64,000 nucleotides of DNA from an uncultured delta proteobacterium. Its GTDB lineage: Bacteria > Myxococcota_A > Polyangia > Fen-1088. The notes beneath the pieces are model-generated. The model was given only the letters and a program-made list of their open reading frames with translations, had not been told where the DNA came from and made no database searches. The stretch is taken from positions 32,001-96,000 of the forward strand of contig CAVTRY010000014.1 of the NCBI GenBank assembly GCA_963737265.1, read 5' to 3'. Of this stretch, positions 1 through 9,860 are shown one piece after another. Both the position numbers and the translations under genes were made by a program. Each line of letters opens with the position of its first letter. Within the stretch, counting starts at the first letter, position 1.

Positions 1-797
1 GCCGAGCAGTCGTCCTCGTCGCTGAGGAAGACCAAGCCAAGGTAGGCCGAGGGACGCAGCATTGCCTGCTGGGCGGCCAAAGTTGGGCCGTCAGTGCTCG
101 AGGTTAGCACGCGAGGCCGGAGGGCAAATTCGAAGGCCTGCAACTGATGCTCGAACCCGCAACCCTGCGTGCCGAGTCCATTGGCTAAACAGGTGAACAC
201 GGTGTTGATGTCGGTTTGGGGATTTCCGGTTGGCGAATTGAAGTTCGTCACCACACCGCTCGCTGCATTCTGGTAGTCGATCCAGAGCGCATTGGGATCC
301 TTCACGCCACATGCGCTTGCGTTGATCATGCGGAACTTGCCCGCGTCGCCGAACGGATCGTTGCCATTGCTCGCATTGGGGCCGCAGGATCCGCTGCCGA
401 TGTTGCCTGCGGTGCCGAGGTCGCTGTCGATGATCGCGACGCGCAAATCGGGAAGGGTTCCGTCGGTGGGATCCTTGAGCGCGTTGAGTAGCAATGGAAA
501 GTTGGCTTGCAGCTTGGCTTGCTTGGGCGCCATGGACGGGGAGTTGTCGATCATGAACACCAGGTCGAGCTGCCGGATGGGAGCGATTGGAATGTACAGG
601 CTGGTCACCCAAACTGGCTGGGGATAGGCCCCGCCAGCACTGCTAGCTCCGCCAGCGCCACCCGACGCCGAGCCGTTCCCGCCGGAGCCGCCATCCGAGC
701 CGAGACTCTGCCCGGCGACGAGATTGCTTCCGCATCCAGCGGCGCCGAACCCGAGCGCCAACCCAATGACAAGAACCGAGGATGTTGTATTTTTCAT
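1..797 (-). CDS. Myxobacterial VWA-like lipoprotein (partial, runs off window start)
   Basis: Absent from the ORF track because there is no stop in the window. Manual translation from ATG 797: MKNTTSSVLVIGLALGFGAAGC (lipobox), Gly/Ser linker, LDLVFMIDNSPSM (MIDAS-like), GTQGCGFEHQL, LRPSAYLGLVFLSDEDDCS. Confidence 0.85.
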   Translation of the reverse strand, partial: MKNTTSSVLVIGLALGFGAAGCGSNLVAGQSLGSDGGSGGNGSASGGAGGASSAGGAYPQPVWVTSLYIPIAPIRQLDLVFMIDNSPSMAPKQAKLQANFPLLLNALKDPTDGTLPDLRVAIIDSDLGTAGNIGSGSCGPNASNGNDPFGDAGKFRMINASACGVKDPNALWIDYQNAASGVVTNFNSPTGNPQTDINTVFTCLANGLGTQGCGFEHQLQAFEFALRPRVLTSSTDGPTLAAQQAMLRPSAYLGLVFLSDEDDCS

Positions 798-852
798 GAC
801 CGTACCTGTCCTTTGCCGAGCAGAAACCTTACAGAAATGAAATAGAGAGCCC

Positions 853-1806
853 CTACAGAACCCGCCACGACAAACCCATCGCCACGCGCAATTCCCAGCC
901 CGGCAGCGATGCGCTGATTATGGCGGACGAATTGGCGACAGTGCTCTCGACCCTGCGACCTTGCGGCCACAGGATTCCGCCGACAGTGAGCCATGCGGTT
1001 CTACTTTTCCACGGAATCATGGCGCGCAAGCCTGCGCCCGCGCTCAATTCGTAGGAATAGTCGCTGCGATTGGGATCGAAGCCGGTGCCTTGAACCAAAA
1101 GCAGCGCTACCGCAGGGCCGGCTTGGGCGTACAGCGACCATTGGGCGGCGTGCAATTGAGCCATCGCATTCAATTCAAGGGTGGGCCGCCAATAATTGGC
1201 CGAGCCCTGTCCGACGGCCACTCCGCGCGGCAATGCCACAGACGCATTCAACACCAGTCCGAATTGCCCGAACAGAAAGGTTCCATCGAGCGCCAAGCCG
1301 GCGTCCACACCCTGACCGTCGACCAGTCCCAACAGCGAGCCACCGACGAGCGTGCGCAGTCCTTTGGGCACCGGCACCGGCTCCTCTTCTGCCACGAGAT
1401 CTTCAGCGTCGCCGCTCGTGGGCGCCGCCCCCTGCACGCGCGGTGGAATGCCGGGCGCGACCAAAACCGCGGCCGGGATGGCGTCCAGCCAGGCGGCGAT
1501 GATGAGCGCCGCGGCCTCGGCGCGCGAGTCGCAATCGCCGGTGGCGGGCAATACGCGTTGATGGGTTTCTTCGCCCGGCGTCGAGACCTCGATGAACAGC
1601 GCCAGTCCGTCCCGATTGCTTTCCGCGCGCACGCGAGCGCTCGCGGATGCGGGCCCGCCCGCGGACAGCAGGCCCACCAGTTTGAGACTGACGGCGTCGG
1701 AGGAGGGACAATTGGTGTTGCTCAACACCCGCGTTGCGCCCATGGCCGCGGGCAGCCCTGCCAGCAATGAAATCGCGAACGCACACGCTAGCGACGTGGG
1801 GTTCAT
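853..1806 (-). CDS. Secreted protein with C-terminal beta-strand-rich (barrel-like) domain, in the ECF operon
   Basis: Start MNPTSLACAFAISLLAG (signal peptide) at 1806 overlaps the upstream stop (ATGA). The C-terminal half has amphipathic strands ending GLSWRVL. Confidence 0.7.
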   Translation of the reverse strand: MNPTSLACAFAISLLAGLPAAMGATRVLSNTNCPSSDAVSLKLVGLLSAGGPASASARVRAESNRDGLALFIEVSTPGEETHQRVLPATGDCDSRAEAAALIIAAWLDAIPAAVLVAPGIPPRVQGAAPTSGDAEDLVAEEEPVPVPKGLRTLVGGSLLGLVDGQGVDAGLALDGTFLFGQFGLVLNASVALPRGVAVGQGSANYWRPTLELNAMAQLHAAQWSLYAQAGPAVALLLVQGTGFDPNRSDYSYELSAGAGLRAMIPWKSRTAWLTVGGILWPQGRRVESTVANSSAIISASLPGWELRVAMGLSWRVL

Positions 1807-3035
1807 CGTTTGGACAGTAGCTTGCTGGCTTCCGCGGCGAAGCGCCCGTGGGGATAGCGCTCGCGATACGCTTCGATGTCGGCGAGGCCCGCCTCTCGCT
1901 CGCCGCAGCGAAGCCTGGTCACGCCCCGGCCCCACAGCGCTCGTTCGTGCCATGCGGGCGCGCCCGAAACCCGCGCTAGCGCTCGATCGAAATCCGCCGT
2001 GGCATCTAGCCAACGTCGCACGCCGGCGCGCAGCTCGCCACGCAGGACGAAGCGCTCGCCGCTGCGAGGAAGCTCATCGAGCGACATGGCGTCCAGCCGG
2101 CCAAGTGCCTCGGCGTCGCGATGGAGTGCCAAGAGCGCCTCCACCTCAAGCACCGTGCGTTCGCCGCGCAGAGCACTCTTGGGATACTCCCGCTCGTGTT
2201 CCTCCAGGGTTGCGAAGGCGGCCGCGGGATGGTGTTCCCAGCGCAGCTCGCGCATGGCCAAGCCAAGCAACACTTGGTCGCTGGGTAGAGCTTTTTTCGC
2301 GAGCGAATGCGAAGGCGGCGGCGGCGGAGCGGCCGGCGCGACGTGCGGCTGTGCGATGGGCGACGCTGGCCGAGACGACGGCGGATCCAGCGTGGTCGGG
2401 CCCGGCGCGGTGGCGTGGGGTGCTCCCGTTGCCGCGGTTTTGCCGGAAATGCCCGGGGCACGCGCCGACAAGCTCGGGGCGCCGACGAAAGCCAAGCGGA
2501 CGGACGGACTTGGCCGAGGCTTTCGAACCGGAGTGGGCGCTGCAGCGGTCCTCGCGGATGGCGTTGGCTGGAGCGAGATCCCCGGATTCGACGCGGAGGC
2601 TGGGGTAAGCGGCCAGTGAGATCCCTCGGCACTAAACGTCGATTCCGGCATCTGGGCGAAATCCGCCTTATCGAGATCGCGCTCTTCCGCGGGCGCGGCA
2701 AGATGCTTGCTGGCTCGATGAGGCTTCTCGATGCTGTGCTTGGCCGACTCGCGATCGGGTTCGGCAACGACCCGCGAGGAAATCAGCCCCAATCGCTGCG
2801 CAGTCGCGAAGGCGGCGCCTCCCAGCACCAACAAGCCGAGAGCGGCCCACACCGGCATCAGGCGAATCCGCAGCTCGCTGGGACGCGAGCGAAACAACGT
2901 GCGCAGAACCCGACGCTTGATCTGCCGCTTGCTCTCCGGCGACAGGCTGTCGGTAGGCGACGCCGCGTGCAGGAAAGGCGCGATCTTTCCGAGATAGCGT
3001 TCCCGATTCTCGTTCGACCTTTGTCCGGCCCTCAT
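1803..3035 (-). CDS. Putative anti-sigma factor: TM helix, Pro/Ala linker, C-terminal TPR-like domain
   Basis: ATG 3035 is coupled to the ECF stop. Features: TM VWAALGLLVLGGAAFA, Pro-rich linker, TPR-like end YRERYPHGRFAAEA. Confidence 0.75.
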   Translation of the reverse strand: MRAGQRSNENRERYLGKIAPFLHAASPTDSLSPESKRQIKRRVLRTLFRSRPSELRIRLMPVWAALGLLVLGGAAFATAQRLGLISSRVVAEPDRESAKHSIEKPHRASKHLAAPAEERDLDKADFAQMPESTFSAEGSHWPLTPASASNPGISLQPTPSARTAAAPTPVRKPRPSPSVRLAFVGAPSLSARAPGISGKTAATGAPHATAPGPTTLDPPSSRPASPIAQPHVAPAAPPPPPSHSLAKKALPSDQVLLGLAMRELRWEHHPAAAFATLEEHEREYPKSALRGERTVLEVEALLALHRDAEALGRLDAMSLDELPRSGERFVLRGELRAGVRRWLDATADFDRALARVSGAPAWHERALWGRGVTRLRCGEREAGLADIEAYRERYPHGRFAAEASKLLSKR

Positions 3036-3622
3036 ACTGCGGCCCCTTCCTTGCTGTTCGACAATTGAGCGTACAGTTTCGCGCGTCCGCGATGCACCCG
3101 CACCCAAACGGCGTTGGCGGTCACTCCCAGCAGGCGCGCGGCATCCTCGGCCGGCGTGCCATCCAGGTCGCACAGAATGATCGCCGTGCGGTACTTGTCG
3201 GGCAGCCGATCGAGAGCACTGTACAGACGGGCGCAGCGTTGGCGGCGCTCCATTTCTTCGAGCGGCGTTGGGTTGGATGGCGACGTCGCCTCTTGATCGC
3301 CGCGGTGAAGGACATCGAGAAAACGCCGCAGACGATTGCGCGAGCGGCGTTTGCGCACCACTAGCAGGGTGATGCGAAACAACCAGGTGGAAAGTTTGGC
3401 ATCGCCACGGAAATCGTGCCGCCTCCGCAGCGCAACGACGAATACGTCGTGGACCAGATCCTCCACATCCGCCGCTGGACCAGCCAAGCGGCGCACCCAG
3501 CGCTCAACGCTTGGCTCGTAAGTCTCGTAAAGATGATCGAACAGCAGCTCGACGTCGGACGTGTCCAGCCCCGCCGGGACGGCGGCGAATTCGCCACTTT
3601 CGCTTGCTTGGCCGCCCGACAT
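3032..3622 (-). CDS. ECF-family RNA polymerase sigma-70 factor
   Basis: Region 2 (DVEDLVHDVF, FRGDAKLSTWLFRI) and region 4 (LDRLPDKYRTAIIL, AARLLGVTANAVWVRVHRGR). Confidence 0.95.
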   Translation of the reverse strand: MSGGQASESGEFAAVPAGLDTSDVELLFDHLYETYEPSVERWVRRLAGPAADVEDLVHDVFVVALRRRHDFRGDAKLSTWLFRITLLVVRKRRSRNRLRRFLDVLHRGDQEATSPSNPTPLEEMERRQRCARLYSALDRLPDKYRTAIILCDLDGTPAEDAARLLGVTANAVWVRVHRGRAKLYAQLSNSKEGAAV

Positions 3623-3710
3623 CTTGTCCCCCGTGCTGTCCTTGTCCCTTGCGTGCGACTGACCTTACAAGAAATCGTAACGACAACGCCGCCCGGCGTC
3701 ACCAAGTATT

Positions 3711-3733
3711 CGTCCGACGCCCAGCGTCGGACG
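3711..3733. terminator. Perfect 10-bp hairpin just after the methyltransferase stop
   Basis: CGTCCGACGC-CCA-GCGTCGGACG, with no clear U-tract. Confidence 0.4.
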
Positions 3734-3735
3734 CC

Positions 3736-4680
3736 CTATCGCCGTTGCGCTTGAAGCACGCGGGGCGGATCGTACCAGGGGTCGCGATGAGCGTGCTCGC
3801 GGCCGAGAATTTCCCGACCGTGGGGCACGGCGGTTACGGCGTAGGCGACTCCCAATGCGGACTGCACAACGGTCTCGAAGTCTTCGTACCCGTGATAGGA
3901 CTTGTCGTTGCACAGGAACACCGCGCGCGCAGGCTTGATGGCCAGAATGGATTCCAACAGCTCGGGCCAGAACTTGCGCAGAACGCGGTCGTCGCCCCTG
4001 CCGACTCCGAAAGCCGGGGGATCTGCGATCACGAGGTCGAATGGCTCGGCCGTTCCGCGTTCGGCGCGACGACGCCAGCGTCGCAAGTAGGCTTGCGCGG
4101 TATCGGGAACCACGCGAAAGTCGGTGCCGTTAAGCGCGGCGTTGCGCCGGCCCCAGCTAAGGTAGCCGCGCTCGGGATCCACGTTGACCACGTCGCGCGC
4201 GCCACCGGCCCGGGCCGCGACGCCAAACCCGCACGCGTAGGAAAAGAGGTTCAGGACCAGTCCCCCGCGGGCCAGCGCGCGCACCCGGCTGCGCGCGGTA
4301 CGGCCGTCGAGGAAGAGGCCGAAGTCGTGTCGGGGATCGGTGCGTATTTCGAAGCGGATTCCGTCTTCGACGGCCACGAGCTGCTCGGGCACAGGAATCC
4401 CAGCCCAGCGAAGTCGGAACCCTGGATCGCCTTCTGCGCCCCGCCAACGCAGTAGGATTGAACGTCCGGGGAATGCGGCCTCGAGAACCGCCATCAGCTC
4501 TTCGCCCGGCCCGGCTGGATTGTATTCGGTGGCGACAACCAGCTGCCCGAAGCGATCGACGACGAGTCCGGGCAAGCCGTCCGCCGCGCCGGCAAATACC
4601 CGCACACAAGCATCGCCCAGCTGCAACAGCTCGCCGCGGTACGCGATGGCATCCGACAGAATGTGCTCCAGGTGGCTCAT
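3736..4680 (-). CDS. Class I SAM-dependent methyltransferase, RlmI/RlmK-like
   Basis: DGLPGLVVDRFG, FGLFLDGR, VLNLFSYACGFG, FDLVIADPPAF. Start MSHLEH chosen, although the ORF opens at 4797. Confidence 0.85.
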   Translation of the reverse strand: MSHLEHILSDAIAYRGELLQLGDACVRVFAGAADGLPGLVVDRFGQLVVATEYNPAGPGEELMAVLEAAFPGRSILLRWRGAEGDPGFRLRWAGIPVPEQLVAVEDGIRFEIRTDPRHDFGLFLDGRTARSRVRALARGGLVLNLFSYACGFGVAARAGGARDVVNVDPERGYLSWGRRNAALNGTDFRVVPDTAQAYLRRWRRRAERGTAEPFDLVIADPPAFGVGRGDDRVLRKFWPELLESILAIKPARAVFLCNDKSYHGYEDFETVVQSALGVAYAVTAVPHGREILGREHAHRDPWYDPPRVLQAQRR

Positions 4681-4841
4681 CGCTTCGCGTCCTGCAGTGC
4701 AGGAGCTTGTCCTTTGCGCTTCCTCGAGCGCCTCTACCAGGGACGCCGCGTTCGTTGCAATCGAAAACGAGCTGCCGGTGTCGATAGGGTGAGGCAAGCG
4801 CGATGCTGAGCACTACGCCTCGATGAACAAGGAAGGCCACC

Positions 4842-6923
4842 GTGAAATCAAATCGAATCCCATCTGTAGTGCTCAAGGCGCTTTCATTTGCGTGCGCCGC
4901 CTGTTCGGCCTCTTCCTCACCGGGCAGCCTCGACGCCGGCGGAAACAGCTCGTCGCTTGCAGACGCCGCGAGCGCGGGCGGCCAAGCTGACGGCCAGGGA
5001 GGCATGGACGGCTCCTTGCCAGATTCCACCGGTGGTAGCGAAGCGGGTGCGTGTTCGGCGGACGCCACCAAGACGGTGGCCTCGGGTCAGACCTGGCAGC
5101 TCCAAGCGACGACCAAGCTGTGCGGGTTGACCATCGAATCTGGCGGCTCGGTCGCTGCACCCGACGGCTACTCCATCACCATGACAGTCGACGGAGTCGA
5201 ATCGGGCCAGGCTCTCACCACAACGTCCGGCGTGGCGACCGCCTTCGTGTCTGGCACGTATATCGGCAACGTCGTCCTCACGTTGACCACCACTACACCA
5301 GTCGCCTACGCCGCGGCCGGCGGTGGCACCCTGACCTTTCCCTTCCGCCAGGCTCTCTACCTTGGCGCAAGCGGTGTCGAGACCGACAAATCCGTTCTCG
5401 CCGCCGTGACCTACGCTGCGCCCACTGCCTTCGAGCTCGACGCCATCGCCGTCACGTCAACCGGCGAAGCCTTCGACGCGGTCTATGCGGTTGGCGGCAC
5501 GTACACCCTGAACCAGCCGACGATTAGCCTGACCGGCAACGGCCGAAGCGACTTCGCCGGGTACGGCACCGCGATCGTGGCCGACGGGACTTCGACGAAG
5601 CTGGTCATCGACGGCGCCATCATCTCGAACAAGGGCGTGGTTCGGAACGCCATCGTTTCGAACGATGGCGCCAACGTGGTGGTCAAGAACTCCACCATCA
5701 CGACCCAAAGCAGCACCCTACCGGCTGACTACGTCCAGACAGTCAATACGGGTCAAATGCGTTCTGTTCCTTGGATGCTCGGAATTCGAGGCACGGACAA
5801 TGTCCGGGCGACCAACCTGCTTGGCACAAGCTCGAAAGGGACCTATGTAAATTCGACGATCACCTCCAACGGCTGGGGCGTTCTGTCGACCGATTCTGGC
5901 TCCGGCTGCACGCTCACGGCAATTAACAGCACCATCGATACGAAAGACACCGATGGCAATGTCACGGAGGGCTACGGCTCGTACGCTATCGGCGACGCCA
6001 CCGAGTACTTCTTGGGCACGACCTTCAATGTTGGCAGCTACGCGACCATCAACACGGGCGGCGTTGTCAACTTCGGCGACAGCGCGGCTTCGATGGTCGC
6101 CTCGCTCAATTCCAGCCTCGGCATTGGCCTTAGTGGCGACGAGCTTGCGAAGCTGACGCCGACAAACGCCATCGTCAATTCCAAACGGTTCGGTATCATG
6201 TGGCACAGCTCGTCCGGCACCGTGAACATCGCCGGCGGTACAGTCTTCAATACCGGCGAAGCCGTGTTCCTGCCCAAGACCACGGGAACCGTCAGCATCA
6301 ACATCGACGGATCCGAAGGAGCGGCGCTGAAGCCAGTGAACGGCGTCATTCTCCAGGTCATGGACGACGACGATCCGGGTCCGGTCAACAGCATGAACAC
6401 CGGTACCTACACGCAACCAACTACCACGCCCAGCGCCGCCTCGGGCTTCGACCCAACGTCGACCTCGACCTCCAAGCTGGCGAAGATTACTCTCAGCGCC
6501 ATGGCGCTGACCGGCGACTTCTACAATGGCGCGGGCTGGGGCGTTGCGGGCGCCGCCGAGAACATGGCGGTCTACCTGGCGAGCAAGACGACGATCGCCG
6601 GCACCATCACGTCGTCGAAGGCGCTTCACTACGACCCGTCGACGGGCAACGCGGTCACCACGATCACGGCCGCCAATTACTACGACCTTGGCGAGGTCAA
6701 GAACACACCGCAGGCTGCAATCAACAACGGCACGATTGTCTCGGTCGATGGGACCTCCACCTGGGTCGTGACTGGTACTTCCTATCTGACGAAGCTCGTG
6801 CTGGCCTCGGGCGCCATCCTCAGCGCGCCGACCGGCAAGACCGTGACGATGACTGTTGCAGGAGCTGCGACGCCGGTCAATGCCGGCACCTATTCTGGCG
6901 CCATTGTGCTGACGGTTCAGTAA
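4842..6923 (+). CDS. Large secreted lipoprotein, probable parallel beta-helix fold
   Basis: Lipobox-like FACAAC; Thr/Ser/Gly-rich beta repeats (NSTITT, NSTITS, NSTIDT); STWVVTGTSYLTKL near the end. Confidence 0.75.
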   Translation: MKSNRIPSVVLKALSFACAACSASSSPGSLDAGGNSSSLADAASAGGQADGQGGMDGSLPDSTGGSEAGACSADATKTVASGQTWQLQATTKLCGLTIESGGSVAAPDGYSITMTVDGVESGQALTTTSGVATAFVSGTYIGNVVLTLTTTTPVAYAAAGGGTLTFPFRQALYLGASGVETDKSVLAAVTYAAPTAFELDAIAVTSTGEAFDAVYAVGGTYTLNQPTISLTGNGRSDFAGYGTAIVADGTSTKLVIDGAIISNKGVVRNAIVSNDGANVVVKNSTITTQSSTLPADYVQTVNTGQMRSVPWMLGIRGTDNVRATNLLGTSSKGTYVNSTITSNGWGVLSTDSGSGCTLTAINSTIDTKDTDGNVTEGYGSYAIGDATEYFLGTTFNVGSYATINTGGVVNFGDSAASMVASLNSSLGIGLSGDELAKLTPTNAIVNSKRFGIMWHSSSGTVNIAGGTVFNTGEAVFLPKTTGTVSINIDGSEGAALKPVNGVILQVMDDDDPGPVNSMNTGTYTQPTTTPSAASGFDPTSTSTSKLAKITLSAMALTGDFYNGAGWGVAGAAENMAVYLASKTTIAGTITSSKALHYDPSTGNAVTTITAANYYDLGEVKNTPQAAINNGTIVSVDGTSTWVVTGTSYLTKLVLASGAILSAPTGKTVTMTVAGAATPVNAGTYSGAIVLTVQ

Positions 6924-7072
6924 GGAGCCGCGTTAGGGCAAGCCGGGCGCCTCGTCGCCCAAGTCGTAGCAGGGGCGCGCAAGCTTCGCATTCCCTTGCC
7001 CCAAGAATCTCCACGGTTGCCCGCAACCTCCCCGGATTTTCAGCATCTCAAGACGACAAGTGGGAGCCCAGG

Positions 7073-8329
7073 ATGAGCACGAGTAGTTCGCTGCGATGTT
7101 GGTTGGGGGCTTTTGTGCTGGTGGCGGCGTGCGGAAGTGGCACCACGGAAACGGCCGATGCGGCCGCGGGGGGTGCAAGAGGATCGGGTGGCGCGACGGC
7201 TTCGGGAGGTACTTCTGTCACCGGCGCGACGACCACATTGGGCGGTAGCGTGGCCACCGGCGGCGTTTCCGCAACAGGCGGCGCGAGCAGCGCGGGCGGT
7301 GCGATCGGCACAGGCGGCGGCACGGCCGCGCAAGACGCGCGCTCCGCGAGCGACGGCTCTAGCGACGCCGCGGGCGCGTGCGCCTACGGCCCACAGAACG
7401 AGGCGCTTGACCTCAGCTGCACTGGCCTCTACTCCGACTGGGCCACCAAGACCGTGCCGGCCGATGTGCACGCGTACGACCCGGGTTTGCACCTTTGGAG
7501 CGACGGCGCCGACAAGCAGCGCTGGATCCGTCTACCGCCCGGCACGCAAATAGACACTTCGAACATGGATGAGTGGAGCTTCCCAACGGGCACGAAGGTC
7601 TGGAAAGAGTTTTCCCTCGCGGGCAAGCGCGTCGAGACACGCTTGCTTTGGAAGGCGACCGACGCGGCCTGGTACCTGACGACGTATCGGTGGTCGGCTG
7701 ACGAGTCGACCGCCCCGGAGCTCACCACGGGCGCGCTGAACGTGGACGGCCATGGCTTCGAGATCCCGACGCAGGAGGCCTGTTCCACTTGCCACAACGG
7801 CCGGCAGGACGAGGTGCTTGGCTTCGAGGCGGTGGCGCTGTCGTCGCCCCTAGCGACGGGCTTCGCGATGAGCGCTCTCGTGTCGGGACACTGGCTGACC
7901 GCACCACCCTCGGCGCCGCTCGTCATTCCGGGCTCCGCGACCACGGCGACCGCGCTCGGCTACCTGCACATCAACTGTGGCACCTCCTGCCACAATAGGG
8001 GAACCGGCATCGCCTCCAAGACCGGATTTTTCACCCGGCTCGAAGTGTCACAACTCGCCCGCGGCGACGTACACGCCACCGACACTTGGCTGACGGGAGT
8101 GAAGGTTGTTGGAAACTACCCCATTCCTGTTGCTGGAGATGCTGGAGATCCGACTTTGTATCGACTCGACCCGAACGATGCGGCAGCCAGCTCAGTGTAC
8201 TACCGGATGGACCACCGAGATGCGGACGATGCCCTCGTCAGCGTGCAAATGCCCCCGCTCGCCACCCATTCTGTCGACGCCACCGGCGTCGCGGCCATTG
8301 CCGCCTGGATCAACGCCGGTTGCGAGTAA
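7073..8329 (+). CDS. Lipoprotein with SO2930-like diheme c-type cytochrome domain
   Basis: Start MSTSSSLRCWLGAFVLVAAC. Motifs LWSDGADKQRWIRLP, FPTGTKVWKEF, VETRLL, heme sites CSTCH and CGTSCH, QMPPLA. Confidence 0.8.
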   Translation: MSTSSSLRCWLGAFVLVAACGSGTTETADAAAGGARGSGGATASGGTSVTGATTTLGGSVATGGVSATGGASSAGGAIGTGGGTAAQDARSASDGSSDAAGACAYGPQNEALDLSCTGLYSDWATKTVPADVHAYDPGLHLWSDGADKQRWIRLPPGTQIDTSNMDEWSFPTGTKVWKEFSLAGKRVETRLLWKATDAAWYLTTYRWSADESTAPELTTGALNVDGHGFEIPTQEACSTCHNGRQDEVLGFEAVALSSPLATGFAMSALVSGHWLTAPPSAPLVIPGSATTATALGYLHINCGTSCHNRGTGIASKTGFFTRLEVSQLARGDVHATDTWLTGVKVVGNYPIPVAGDAGDPTLYRLDPNDAAASSVYYRMDHRDADDALVSVQMPPLATHSVDATGVAAIAAWINAGCE

Positions 8330-8359
8330 CCCCTTCGAGTAACCTCTTCGAGGAGTGTC

Positions 8360-9829
8360 ATGAGTCGACAGCTATCCTCATCCCCCGTCCTCCACTGCGT
8401 GGTGGTTTTGCTGGTCGCGTGGGCCACGGCCGTCAGCGCGTGCCGCTCGGGCGGGAGCGGCTTGGGCAGCGGCGGCAGCAGCTCGGGCGGCAGTGTCTCG
8501 GATGGCACCGCATCGGGCGGCAGTGTTTCGGGCGGCACCGCATCGGGCGGCAGTGTCTCGGGCGGCGCCACGGGAAGGGGGGGATCGAGCGGATCTGCGG
8601 GAGCAACGGGCGCCGGGGGCTCGAACGTCACGGGGGGGACTGTCGGCTTTGGCGACGCGGGCGCGGCGTGCCGCGGGACCACGGCGACCACCGCGGCGGC
8701 GGCGACCGGGCTGCCAGCCGTACCGTCGGCGCTCACCGTTCCCACCGGATTCAAGATCGAGGTCATAGCGTCGATCGGCCAAGCGCGTGAGCTCGCCGCG
8801 CTCCCCAACGGCGACCTGCTCGTTGCCACCAGCGGCACCAACGTCTTTCTCGTCCCGAACGCCGAGGGTACGGGCGCGCCGGGCGATCCGCTCAAGTTCA
8901 CGACGATCGGCGACGCACCGGTGCAAGGAGTGGCGTTCTCGGCGTCGACCTGCCAAGTGTTCGTGGCCTCGCGCGGCGGCATCTACGCGATGGCCTACGC
9001 CGACGGGCAGACGAGCGCTGCCGCGGGCAACGCCATCGCGAAGGTTCGGACGGGGCCGGTCTCCTCGCACCGTCCGGCGGGCGACACCGACGAGCACAAC
9101 TCGACCTCCGTGGCCGTTGCCGGCGGGAAGGTGTACGCCGGGGTCGGATCCTCGTGCAACGCATGTGTCGAAGACGACCCGACCCGCGCCACGGTCCAGG
9201 TCATGAACCTCGACGGATCGAACATGACCACGCGCGCGACGAGGTTCCGCAACGCCATCGCTTTGGCCACGAACCCCGCCACCCAGACGCTATGGGCTGG
9301 CGGCGCCGGGCAGGACAATTTGACCTACGGCCACCCCTACGAGTTCTTCGACGCCGTCACGCTCCACCCCGGCAGGGCCGACTACGGCTGGCCCGACTGC
9401 GAAGAGAACCACACCGCTTACACCAATGGCGCGAGCTGCGCAAACACGGTCGCGCCGCTCGTCGAGCTCCCCGCGTACGACACCATCATCGGGGCGGCGT
9501 TTTATCCCTCATCCACTGGCGGCGGCGCGCACAGCTTCCCGTCGGCCTACTACGGCGGGGTCTTCCTCGCAGCGCACGGCTCGTGGCACAACCAGAACGG
9601 CTACATCCCGCCGCGGATCGCCTTCGTGCCGATGAATGGCGACGCGCCCGCGACCGCCGTGGACTGGTCCAGCCCCACGAAGCAATGGACGGAGTTCCTC
9701 GCGGGATGCCAGGTCGGCACGACAAATACGCGCGCGGCCCGCCCCACCGGCCTCGCGGTGGGCTCGCAGGGAAGCCTCTTCATTGCCGACGACAGCAGCA
9801 ATCTCGTCTATCGCGTTCGCCCGAACTGA
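8360..9829 (+). CDS. PQQ-dependent sugar (glucose/sorbosone) dehydrogenase family lipoprotein
   Basis: Lipobox VSAC; LTVPTGFKIEV, VGSSCNACVE, FRNAIAL, DYGWP, AHGSW, RPTGLAVGSQGSLFIADD. Confidence 0.85.
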   Translation: MSRQLSSSPVLHCVVVLLVAWATAVSACRSGGSGLGSGGSSSGGSVSDGTASGGSVSGGTASGGSVSGGATGRGGSSGSAGATGAGGSNVTGGTVGFGDAGAACRGTTATTAAAATGLPAVPSALTVPTGFKIEVIASIGQARELAALPNGDLLVATSGTNVFLVPNAEGTGAPGDPLKFTTIGDAPVQGVAFSASTCQVFVASRGGIYAMAYADGQTSAAAGNAIAKVRTGPVSSHRPAGDTDEHNSTSVAVAGGKVYAGVGSSCNACVEDDPTRATVQVMNLDGSNMTTRATRFRNAIALATNPATQTLWAGGAGQDNLTYGHPYEFFDAVTLHPGRADYGWPDCEENHTAYTNGASCANTVAPLVELPAYDTIIGAAFYPSSTGGGAHSFPSAYYGGVFLAAHGSWHNQNGYIPPRIAFVPMNGDAPATAVDWSSPTKQWTEFLAGCQVGTTNTRAARPTGLAVGSQGSLFIADDSSNLVYRVRPN

Positions 9830-9860
9830 CGACGACGGCGACGCTCTCCGTCCCATCAAA

